A stretch of DNA of 63,922 nt, the filler included, from a bacterium (GTDB taxonomy: Bacteria; JAMORN01): assembly GCA_027063545.1 (NCBI GenBank). It is 14 parts of 14 records of this genome, joined end to end, with 100 filler letters (N's around TTAATTAATTAA, not from the genome) between each part and the next. Parts side by side here need not be neighbours in the genome. Positions count along the whole stretch, not along the records: positions 8,364 to 11,033 come from JAMORN010000322.1; positions 11,134 to 13,802 come from JAMORN010000323.1; positions 13,903 to 16,567 come from JAMORN010000324.1; positions 16,668 to 19,322 come from JAMORN010000326.1; 10 more parts are not named here. One strand, given 5' to 3'. The position numbers and the translations under genes were made by a program. Of the stretch, positions 10,034 to 19,422 are shown piece after piece. Under the pieces are notes generated by a model. It did no database searches. It was not told the DNA's origin and saw only the letters and a program-made list of their open reading frames with translations. Position 1 is the stretch's first letter, and each line of letters starts with the position of its first letter.

Positions 10034-11033
10034 TTAACTTTCTACTATTCTTTTTAACTCTTTTAATTTCTCTTCCCTCTTGGGCTTTTTTTTAAACCAC
10101 TTATTTCCTATATTCTTTGTTGCTTCAAGAAGGGCTTTTGCCATTTCCTTTTGTTTATTTATATCTTTTTCCTGAATTACCAATTCATAATTTGAACTAA
10201 AATTCTCTTTCTTTGTTTGTTTTAATATTTCTATTATCTTTTTAAAAGACTCTTCTTCTAAATATTTAGTTTCTTTTTTATTTTCTACTTTTTGAGCCAA
10301 ATTTTTCGTATCTAAAAAAGAATTTTTACTATTTTCTTCTAACTTATTGGCTTTATTATGAGTATTTAGTTTATTAAATTCTTCTAATCTTTCATTTAAC
10401 AAATTAAGATCATCAAATAAAGAAACCCACCCTAACTGTAGTTCTCTATCTCCTATTTTATAAACCCATGTGGTTGTCTGATATGGTTTCTCCTCTTCAG
10501 TTTTTCCCCGTCTAATTTTTATTTTTCTTATTTCTTCAATAGTTTTAGAACCTGCTCCTGAAAGTTTTCCTAACTTTATCAAAACATAATCATTTGAAAT
10601 TTCTGGAATATAAACTCCTTGAAATAACCTTTCTTCTCTCTCCTTAATTGTTGAGTAAAAATCTCTTAAAGCATTTATTACATTATTATAATTCAAAACA
10701 AAACCATTCATCTCTTCATAAGTTTTGGTTATTCTATTTTTATATATTGTTATAGTGCCTTTAAAAATTCCTCGTTCTATTACTTCTAATACTACAGGAA
10801 TAGTATTCTTTATCATAGAAGTTCTTCCTCTATTTAATGGTTTTACTAACTTTAGAGTATAGGAATTATTTATTGGATAAAAATCACTTACTTCTAAATA
10901 TTTAAGAAAATCTTTTTTTACATTTATTTTAATATCATCCACATTGTCAATTAAATTTATATTATTCTGAAAAATTAAACTCTCAAATTTTTGAGTATCT
11001 ATTTTCTTATTATAATACTGTGAAAAAAGTGAG
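10034..11033 (-). CDS. csm5: Type III-A CRISPR RAMP protein Csm5 (5' truncated)
   Basis: Frame open to contig edge; KDFLKYLEVSDF, G-rich LIKLGKLSGAGSKT and LGWV motifs; adjacent to csx1. Confidence 0.72.
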
Positions 11034-11133
11034 NNNNNNNNNNNNNNNNNNNNNNNNNNNNNNNNNNNNNNNNNNNNTTAATTAATTAANNNNNNNNNNN
11101 NNNNNNNNNNNNNNNNNNNNNNNNNNNNNNNNN

Positions 11134-11265
11134 AAAGATGTTCCTCCCATGAAGGTAACAAGAGAAGTGATTTTACAGAAAGCTTTAGCTAGGATAAAAG
11201 ATATTTTAAAAGATAAAAAAGTCACATATTTAGATGGAAGAGAATTTGACTGGACAGATTATTAA
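11134..11265 (+). CDS. C-terminal fragment of an unidentified protein
   Basis: Open frame from contig edge: KDVPPMKVTREVILQKALARIKDILKDKKVTYLDGREFDWTDY*; overlaps the folB start. Confidence 0.5.
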   Translation, partial: KDVPPMKVTREVILQKALARIKDILKDKKVTYLDGREFDWTDY

Positions 11266-11587
11266 GATAGAGGTTGGACCAATAATTCTTTTTGGGGCTC
11301 ATGGAGTTTATCCTGAAGAAAAGAAATTACCAAGAGAATTTGAAATTGTTGTTAAGATTGATTATTTTTTTAAAGAAAAATTTCTGGATTATACATTAAT
11401 AGTTGATATTGTAAAAAATATTTTTTATAAGAAAGTCTATGATTTATTAGAAGATATGGCTTTAGATATAAAAAATGAAATTTTAAACTACGATTATAAC
11501 AGTATACCAATAGAAAAAGTTAAAGTAAAAATAACAAAGAAAAAACCACCAATAGAACATGTTGAACAATTTAGCGTGGAGGTGTAA
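11234..11587 (+). CDS. folB: Dihydroneopterin aldolase
   Basis: GAHGVYPEEK, LDYT, DLLE, K..PP motifs; upstream of folK; start may be TTG at 11246. Confidence 0.85.
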   Translation: MEENLTGQIIKIEVGPIILFGAHGVYPEEKKLPREFEIVVKIDYFFKEKFLDYTLIVDIVKNIFYKKVYDLLEDMALDIKNEILNYDYNSIPIEKVKVKITKKKPPIEHVEQFSVEV

Positions 11588-11595
11588 AGGAAACT

Positions 11596-12054
11596 ATGGA
11601 AAGGGTAATTTTATGTATCGGAAGTAATATTGAACCAGAAAAGCATATTGAGGAAGTAAAAGAAAAAGTAAAACAAATTCCCAAAACAACAGGATGGCTA
11701 TTTTCAACATATTATTATTCATTACCAGATAGTTTTACATCTGATAATGTTTTTATTAATGTAGCAGCTTACTGCGAGACAGAGTTAACACCACAAGAGT
11801 TTTTAGAAGAGATTCATAAAGTTGAAGAAGAAATGGGAAGAGTAAGGGACCCTAATAGAAGATACATGGATAGGGTAATTGATATTGATATTATATTCTG
11901 GGGTAATTCTAAGATAAATGAAAAGGATTTAGTAATACCTCATCCTAAATGGAAAGAAAGACACTTTATATTAAATCCTATTAAACAACTAGTATCTGAG
12001 CATAAATTTATAAAGAATTATTTTAATTATTTGAAAGGAAAAAGTGAAGACTAG
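11596..12054 (+). CDS. folK: 6-hydroxymethyl-7,8-dihydropterin pyrophosphokinase
   Basis: IGSNI, FINVA, E..MGR, DRVIDIDI, LVIPHP...ER.F. Confidence 0.92.
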   Translation: MERVILCIGSNIEPEKHIEEVKEKVKQIPKTTGWLFSTYYYSLPDSFTSDNVFINVAAYCETELTPQEFLEEIHKVEEEMGRVRDPNRRYMDRVIDIDIIFWGNSKINEKDLVIPHPKWKERHFILNPIKQLVSEHKFIKNYFNYLKGKSED

Positions 12055-12658
12055 TATTTATATTGCTATTGATGGTAATATAGGGGCTGGAAAGAGTAGT
12101 TTAGTTAGATTATTGAAATATATTTTAAAAGCTAGAGTTTTAGAAGAGCCTGTAGAGGAAAATCCTTTTTTAGAGGCTTTTTATAAAGACCCAGAAAAGT
12201 TTGCTTTTCATAACCAGTTATATTTTTTAGTAGCTAGATATAAACAACTTATAAGCATAACCCAGCTTTCCTTTTTTTATAATTATTATTTAACAGACTA
12301 TTTATTTTATAGAGATAGAATATTTGCAGAGTTAACCTTATCAAAACATGAATTGAATTTATATTATAGTTTATATAATATTGTAGAAAAAGAAGTACCA
12401 ATTCCCGATTATGTTGTTTATTTAAAAGCAGATATAGATACTTTAGTAAAAAGAATAAAGTTAAGAAATAGAAGTTTTGAACAGGATATTTCAAAGGATT
12501 ATTTACTAAAACTAAACGATTATTATAATGAATTTTATACAAAATATGATAAATCGCCACTTCTTATTTTAGATGTATCTAATATTGATTTTGTAAATAA
12601 TGAAAATGATCAAGAGAAAGTTTTAAAAGAAGTGTTAAGTTTTATTGAATATGAATAA
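12044..12658 (+). CDS. Deoxynucleoside kinase
   Basis: IDGNIGAGKS P-loop, EEPVEENPFLEAFY, QLYFL..R, R.R.FE. Confidence 0.92.
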   Translation: MKTSIYIAIDGNIGAGKSSLVRLLKYILKARVLEEPVEENPFLEAFYKDPEKFAFHNQLYFLVARYKQLISITQLSFFYNYYLTDYLFYRDRIFAELTLSKHELNLYYSLYNIVEKEVPIPDYVVYLKADIDTLVKRIKLRNRSFEQDISKDYLLKLNDYYNEFYTKYDKSPLLILDVSNIDFVNNENDQEKVLKEVLSFIEYE

Positions 12659-13379
12659 ACTTTTTGATTTACATATTCATAGTACATTTTCCGATGGATT
12701 TTATACGCCTTCAGAAATTCAGCAATTATATAATAAACATAATATATTATTTGGAATAAGTGATCATTTATCTAGATATATGGGGATAACTGATAATGAA
12801 AAACTTATAAAATATATAGATACCTTAGACTCTTTAAAAATAAAAAAGGGTATAGAGATAGATTTAGGGTATTTCCCAGAGAAAATAGAAAGAGAGAATT
12901 TAAAATATTTAGATTATATTATTGGGTCTATTCATATAGTGAAAATTGATGGTAATTCTTTTTCTTTATGGGATGATAGTTATTATAATCAAGAATATAC
13001 TATTTCTGATATAAAAGAAAAATACATTCAATTTATAATAAAAGTATTAAGAAGTTTTGAAATAAATATATGGGGTCATCCAATGATGATCCCAGGATTT
13101 TTTTATAATTATGATACGAAGATAGATCATAGTATTTTTTCTATAAGCGATTACGAAAGAGTTCTTTCGGTTGTGAAAGAAAAGGATATTGCTATAGAAC
13201 TTTCATCAAGATATAATTTACCACCAGAGGATATGATAAAAGTAGCTTTAGATTTAGACTTGAAATTTTCTATAGCTTCTGATGCCCATAGTCCTAGTAA
13301 CTATTTAGATCTTTCCTATGCTGAGTATATTATTAATAAATTTGATTTAAAAGAAAAAAATTTTTTTAACATTTTTTGA
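12651..13379 (+). CDS. PHP-domain phosphoesterase
   Basis: DLHIHSTFSDG, ISDH, GIE, GSIH, GHP, ASDAH metal ligands. Confidence 0.88.
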   Translation: MNKLFDLHIHSTFSDGFYTPSEIQQLYNKHNILFGISDHLSRYMGITDNEKLIKYIDTLDSLKIKKGIEIDLGYFPEKIERENLKYLDYIIGSIHIVKIDGNSFSLWDDSYYNQEYTISDIKEKYIQFIIKVLRSFEINIWGHPMMIPGFFYNYDTKIDHSIFSISDYERVLSVVKEKDIAIELSSRYNLPPEDMIKVALDLDLKFSIASDAHSPSNYLDLSYAEYIINKFDLKEKNFFNIF

Positions 13380-13408
13380 TTTATAAAAGTATTTTTATAT
13401 TATAATTG

Positions 13409-13585
13409 ATGAAACAATATAAAGAGATAATAATAGAATTTGGTTTGACACGAGATATAAAAGAAATCGTTGATGAAATAGAAGAAAAGGCTTATAATTT
13501 ATATAAACAGGGTTATTATTACGAAGGTGTGTATGTTGATGCTGTTTTAAGTAAAATATACCTTCTCTTTTATAAGAAAATATAA
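13409..13585 (+). CDS. Small hypothetical protein, 58 aa (absent from the ORF track)
   Basis: Translated by hand: MKQYKEIIIEFGLTRDIKEIVDEIEEKAYNLYKQGYYYEGVYVDAVLSKIYLLFYKKI*; fills the gap before the STAS gene. Confidence 0.6.
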   Translation: MKQYKEIIIEFGLTRDIKEIVDEIEEKAYNLYKQGYYYEGVYVDAVLSKIYLLFYKKI

Positions 13586-13599
13586 ACTACGGAGGATAT

Positions 13600-13802
13600 A
13601 TGGATTATAAAATCTATAAAAAAGGAAAATTTAAAATTGTAGAGATAAATGGAAATTTAGAAATAAATGATCCTAAGGTGAGAGAATTAGATAAAGAAGT
13701 CTTAAAACTTACTTATAATGGAGAAAAGTTTTTTATTTTTGATTTAAAAGGTATAAGCTACTTAGATTCCAGTGGGATCTCTATTTTTGTAGATGTTATT
13801 CA
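13600..13802 (+). CDS. STAS-domain anti-sigma factor antagonist (3' truncated)
   Basis: FDLKGISYLDSSG with the phosphorylatable Ser; GGAGG RBS. Confidence 0.85.
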
Positions 13803-13902
13803 NNNNNNNNNNNNNNNNNNNNNNNNNNNNNNNNNNNNNNNNNNNNTTAATTAATTAANNNNNNNNNNNNNNNNNNNNNNNNNNNNNNNNNNNNNNNNNN
13901 NN

Positions 13903-14420
13903 TAAGGACAAAAGACGAGACCACTCAAAAAGCAGTTGAAAGGTTATTTAATAAAGCAAAAACACCCGATGAAATCTTAAATTTATCAGAGAGAGATATT
14001 AGCAGTTTAATTTATCCTGTTGGTTTTTATAATATTAAAGCAAAAAGAATTAAAGAAATTTCAAAAATAATAAAAGAAAAATATAATGGAGAGGTTCCTA
14101 AAACTTGGGAAGAACTTCTTGCTTTGCCAGGGGTTGGAAGAAAAACAGCAGCTTTGGTTCTTTCAGAAGGATATGGTATAGATGCAATTTGTGTTGATAC
14201 TCATGTTCATAGAATATCAAATAGGCTTGGTTGGGTAAAGACAAAGACTCCAGAAGAAACAGAAAAAGCCTTAATGGAGATAGTTCCAAAAGAGTATTGG
14301 AAGAGGATTAATAAATTATTTGTGGGTTTTGGCCAGACAATTTGTAGGCCTGTGTCTCCTAGATGTAATGAGTGTCCTATTAATAGTTATTGCTCTTCAA
14401 AAGGTAGGATGATTGGATAA
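13903..14420 (+). CDS. nth: Endonuclease III (5' truncated)
   Basis: RTKDE.., IYPVGFY..KA, Hh[18 protein letters not shown]-x6-C-x2-C-x5-C FeS motif. Confidence 0.93.
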
Positions 14421-14612
14421 GTTGGCTTTTTTAAGATTGTATCTATGAAACATAATAAAGTGAGAAAACTATTTTTTTAATGTTCTTATAACTAATTTGG
14501 TCAAGGAAGAAGGCGAGCAAAAAGAAAATTTTTCTATTCGAAGATTGATAATGAATTTTATTATACTTATATACTTACATTAAAAAATGAAAAACTTGCT
14601 AGAAAAAATGAC

Positions 14613-14640
14613 TTGATTTTTGGTTTTCTTTTGTTATATT
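14613..14640 (+). promoter_or_regulatory. Putative sigma-70 promoter upstream of the R-M module
   Basis: TTGATT-16 bp-TATATT with TG extended -10; AT-rich background weakens the call. Confidence 0.35.
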
Positions 14641-14927
14641 TTATTTGTGATATTAAATTGTATAAAATTTAGTATAGAGATAAATAATTAAAAATATATT
14701 AATTTAGAAGAGACAATAAAGTTATAATCCGATTTTCTTATAATAGGGAATTAATGATGATGATGATGAAATATGGTTTGTATCCAGAGTGATGGAAATT
14801 TGCAAGATGGTGGATATCCCCGAAGATTTTGATAAATAAATTGAGTTAAATAAAGTACCCATTTCCGTGGCTTGAAAATATTTAAAATATTCAAAATATT
14901 AATCCAATAGGAGAATAGGAGAATGCA

Positions 14928-15854
14928 ATGGCGAAAAAATATATGGAAATGAGAGAAATAACACATTCGGATTATATGGAATTTATAAAAGATCATGATA
15001 GTGTTATTATAGAAGATGTGAAAATTAAACTTCATAACAATTGGAAAATAAAATCTTATGGTCCGCCTAATGATTATACCTTAGAACGTACCACAGTATG
15101 GAGTTTTCCAGATCGTGGAGATTGGGCAACACATAAAGGTAATTATAGAGGAAACTGGTCTCCTTATATTCCAAGAAATCTTATTTTGAAATATACTCAA
15201 AAGGGAGATTGGGTTCTTGATCAAATGATGGGTAGCGGAACATCATTAGTAGAAGCAAAGTTATTAGAAAGGAATGCCATAGGAGTGGATATAAATCTCG
15301 AAGCTGTTATGGTTGCAAGGGATCGTTTAAATTTTTCATACAATCCACTTTTCCCAAAATATAAGGAGCCCATAATAAAAACATATTGGGGCGATGCTAG
15401 AAATCTTGATAAAGTAGAAAATGAAAGTATAGATTTAATAGTTACTCATCCTCCCTATGCAAGTATAATTTCATATACTAAAAATAAAAAACTAACTGAT
15501 GATTTGTCTCAATTACCATTTGAGGAGTATCTAAAAGAAATGCGAAAGGTAGCAGAGGAATCATTCAGAATATTAAAGCCAGGGAAAATATGTGCCATAT
15601 TGATTGGTGATACAAGGAAGCATAAACATTATGTCCCGATTGCGGTTAGAGTTATGCAAGCATTTTTAGAATCTGGTTTTATATTAAAAGAAAATATTAT
15701 CAAATTACAGTGGAATATGAAGACCACAAGAGAGAGATGGCGGGCAAGAGAGTATGAATTTTATCTTATAGGACATGAACATATTTTTGTTTTTAGGAAA
15801 CCTGAGAATGAAAAAGAATATAGAAAATACAAGTTTAGTGTGAAGTGGTGGTAA
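14928..15854 (+). CDS. Amino (N4C/N6A) DNA methyltransferase, permuted motif order
   Basis: Motif I VLDQMMGSGT precedes motif IV DLIVTHPPY; immediately upstream of a restriction endonuclease; duplicated AGGAG RBS. Confidence 0.85.
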   Translation: MAKKYMEMREITHSDYMEFIKDHDSVIIEDVKIKLHNNWKIKSYGPPNDYTLERTTVWSFPDRGDWATHKGNYRGNWSPYIPRNLILKYTQKGDWVLDQMMGSGTSLVEAKLLERNAIGVDINLEAVMVARDRLNFSYNPLFPKYKEPIIKTYWGDARNLDKVENESIDLIVTHPPYASIISYTKNKKLTDDLSQLPFEEYLKEMRKVAEESFRILKPGKICAILIGDTRKHKHYVPIAVRVMQAFLESGFILKENIIKLQWNMKTTRERWRAREYEFYLIGHEHIFVFRKPENEKEYRKYKFSVKWW

Positions 15855-15855
15855 A

Positions 15856-16567
15856 ATGGTGAAATTTAAAGAACTTGGGTTTAACAATTTTGATGAATAC
15901 AAGAAAACATTCTTTAAGACTTTATTATCATCTAATAAAACTTATGAATATTTCGTAGATTGGCACAAGGTGAAAGGTATAGTTAATAAATATATGGAAG
16001 AACTTTCATTATTAAATTCATTGACAAAAATTAATGCATCTAAAAGAGATAAATATTTCCATGATTTATTATGCAAATATCCGCAAGTAGTAGAAATTAT
16101 TCCTCTACTTATTGCAGAGAGAGCAAAGAAAGGAAGGATTGATATTTTTGACCCAGAAATTGAAACTTTTTTAAGTTTTGAATTTAAGAGTTCAAAAGTT
16201 AGTGATAAAACAATTCCTCAAATCGTTAATTTTTGTATTAAAACAGGTATTTTAAATTTATTTCAAGAAATAAAAGATGTTTACGATTATTTACTAGGGG
16301 TAGAGGTCGGTTTAGACACAAATGCGAGGAAAAACCGAAGTGGAGATATTTTTGAAAAGATGTGTCAGATAAAAATAAAGAAACTTCTAGGAAGTAAATA
16401 TAAAATAGTAAATAATGATCCTAATTTTTCTTTATATCCTGTAGTTACAAAAGGTAAAAGTAAAGGGAAAACACATGACATTGTGATCTATAAAAACAAC
16501 AAACCTATTTTAATAGGGGAATTTAACTTTTACAATACCACCGGAAGTAAACCAACTTCTATAGCAG
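15856..16567 (+). CDS. DpnII-family type II restriction endonuclease (3' truncated)
   Basis: YFVDW.KV, DYLLGVEVGLDTNARKNRSG, E.NFY..GSKP motifs typical of DpnII/MboI-like enzymes. Confidence 0.88.
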
Positions 16568-16724
16568 NNNNNNNNNNNNNNNNNNNNNNNNNNNNNNNNN
16601 NNNNNNNNNNNTTAATTAATTAANNNNNNNNNNNNNNNNNNNNNNNNNNNNNNNNNNNNNNNNNNNNCAAAATAATCCTCAAAACTATTCTTATAATTTT
16701 TACAGGTAAAGGAGCTTATTAATA

Positions 16725-17726
16725 ATGGTAAAAGTATTAGTCACAGGTGGTGCTGGATATATAGGTAGTCATATAGTAAAAATACTAGGAGAGAAGGGAT
16801 ATGATATATTAATATATGATAATTTATCTAAAGGACATAAGGAAGCTATTTTATATGGAAAATTAATTATAGGTGATCTAAAAGATAAAAGTCTATTATC
16901 AAAGGTATTAAGTAGTTATAAGCCAGATATTGTTATTCATATGGCGGCTTTTATAGAAGCAGGACTTTCAGTTAAAGATCCTGTTTTATTTTATAAAAAT
17001 AATAGATCAAATACTATTAATTTAATTTCTACAATGTTAGAACATAATATAAGAAAGTTTATATTTTCCTCTACAGCTGCTATATTTGGAAATCCTGAAT
17101 ATATTCCTATAGACGAAGATCATCCTATCAAACCGATAAATCCTTATGGATATTCTAAAGCTTTTATTGAAGATATATTATATGATTTAAGCTTTAAAAA
17201 TGACTTTTTTGGTGAAAGAGTAGAGAATTTTAATTATGTATCTTTAAGATATTTTAATGCTGCTGGAGCTGATCCTTCTGGTAAGATAGGAGAAAGTCAT
17301 AATCCAGAGACTCATTTAATACCTTTAGTATTAAAGACTGCAAAAGGTGAGAGGGCATATATAACAATATATGGGACTGATTATCCAACAGAAGATGGTA
17401 CAGCTATAAGGGATTATATACATGTAAATGATTTAGGACAATTACATGTTCTTGCAATGGAATATTTATTAGATGGAGGAAAAAGTAATTATTTTAATTG
17501 TGGTTATGGTAGAGGATACTCAGTAAAAGAAATAATAGATATCTCTAAGAAGGTAACAGGAAAAGATTTTCCTATAAAACTAGGAGAAAGACGAGAAGGA
17601 GATCCATCTATATTAATAGCTGATAATAAAAAGATAAAAAGAGAGCTCTCTTGGGAGCCCTCTTATGATGATATAACTTTAATAATACAGACTGCTTGGA
17701 ATTGGGAACTTAAAAGAAGATATTAA
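16725..17726 (+). CDS. galE: UDP-glucose 4-epimerase
   Basis: TGGAGYIGSH, FSSTAA, YGYSK, LRYFNAAGA, PETHLIP, DGTAIRDYIHV. Confidence 0.95.
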   Translation: MVKVLVTGGAGYIGSHIVKILGEKGYDILIYDNLSKGHKEAILYGKLIIGDLKDKSLLSKVLSSYKPDIVIHMAAFIEAGLSVKDPVLFYKNNRSNTINLISTMLEHNIRKFIFSSTAAIFGNPEYIPIDEDHPIKPINPYGYSKAFIEDILYDLSFKNDFFGERVENFNYVSLRYFNAAGADPSGKIGESHNPETHLIPLVLKTAKGERAYITIYGTDYPTEDGTAIRDYIHVNDLGQLHVLAMEYLLDGGKSNYFNCGYGRGYSVKEIIDISKKVTGKDFPIKLGERREGDPSILIADNKKIKRELSWEPSYDDITLIIQTAWNWELKRRY

Positions 17727-19322
17727 TTATTTTTTAATTTAAAAAATTCTAATATTTTTCTTAATTCTTCTATATTTTTCTTATTAACTTCTGATATTTT
17801 AATAAGATTATTACTTTGACTTAATATTTTTTCAAAAGAGTTATTTAGTAAGTTCATCATATGGTCAAGCTTAGACTTAATATTATTTAATAAAGTAATA
17901 TTTTTATTAAGTTCTCCAATCTCTGTTTTAATTTCAATATTACCTTTTTTAATAGCTTTGTGAGACTCTGTTAAAGAATTAATAGAATGGATTACATCAC
18001 TAGATTCTTTTTTAGATTTATTTAAATCTTCAATGATGTTTACTATATTGTCTGAAATTTTTATTATTTTATCAGTTATATCAGAAAATTCTTGTTTTAT
18101 ATTTTTTGTGCTATTTGTTGCAGAGTCAATACTTTTTAAATTTTGTTCAACATTAGAAGAAATTTGTTTAATATTCTTTGCTATTGCTTGAGAGAGTTCT
18201 CTTATTTCTTCAGCAATTACTTTAAAACCAGATCCAGATGAAGACTCACTATTTGCTGCCTCAATTGCTGCATTTATGGCTAAGATATCTGTTTGATCAG
18301 CTATTTCTGTAATTAATTTTATAATTTCTAGCATGCCTTGAGAGTTTTCTTTTACATTTATCATTATTTGTAGAGCATCTTCAAGTTTATTGTTCATATT
18401 CTGGATTTTATCTGTTATAGATATTAAATTTTCTTTTTCATTTTGTGCTTTAATCGCTACATCTTCTATTTCTTTAATTAACTTTGATATTACTATAGAA
18501 GTATGATTAATAAGTTCTGTTTCATCTTCAATGTTTTTTATCATCCTTTCTATAGTGTCAACAGTTGTTTTAATAGAAGTATTTATTTCATTTATAACTT
18601 GAGTTATATATGAAGATGTTTCTATAGAAGATTTTTCTACATCAGACTTTATATTCACTATTTGTAGATTACTAGTTTCAATTCCTTTCTTTAGAGTTTC
18701 AAAATCGGCATATATCCGATTTAATGTATTTTTTACGTTATTTATTATCCTATTTAAATTATACTGAAGAGATTTTAAATTTGAAGCCATAGTACCTATC
18801 TCATCCTGAGTATCAATATTAAATTCTTTAGATAGATCTCCGTTAGATAGATCTTTTATATCTTTTGTTATTTCGGATATAGGAGATATTATATATTTAT
18901 TTAATATATTAGATATTATAATATATAAAATAAATGTAAATATAATACCCCATATTAATGTATAAAAAATATAAGAAGTATATTTTTCAGAAGCTTTTTG
19001 TAGTATATTTACAATATCATTAGATAATGACAGTAATTTGTTATTATTATTATAAATAAACTCCACATCCTCATATGTATAGTTAGTAGATTCAATGTTT
19101 CTTATAGATGTTTTAAATTTTTCCCATATATAATTTAACTTTTTTAGTTCATTAGGAGTATACCCTAACCTTTTTTTTAACGATTCTATATATATTTTTT
19201 TTCCATCAGGAGTTAATGTAAATCCTCCATTATTAAACGCGTTTAGCGTTTTATCAAATAGATTAAGTGCAGATTCACATTCTTTTTTTATTTTATCTTT
19301 TTTTTCATTTACTAATTTATGG
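17723..19322 (-). CDS. Methyl-accepting chemotaxis protein with PilJ/NarX-like sensor domain and HAMP (5' truncated)
   Basis: Frame open upstream of the tracked start to the contig edge (LFDKTLNAFNNGG...W...N..LL..SN.IV..LQ); TM, HAMP DEIG, signalling domain IADQTDILAINAAIEAA. Confidence 0.88.
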
Positions 19323-19422
19323 NNNNNNNNNNNNNNNNNNNNNNNNNNNNNNNNNNNNNNNNNNNNTTAATTAATTAANNNNNNNNNNNNNNNNNNNNNN
19401 NNNNNNNNNNNNNNNNNNNNNN

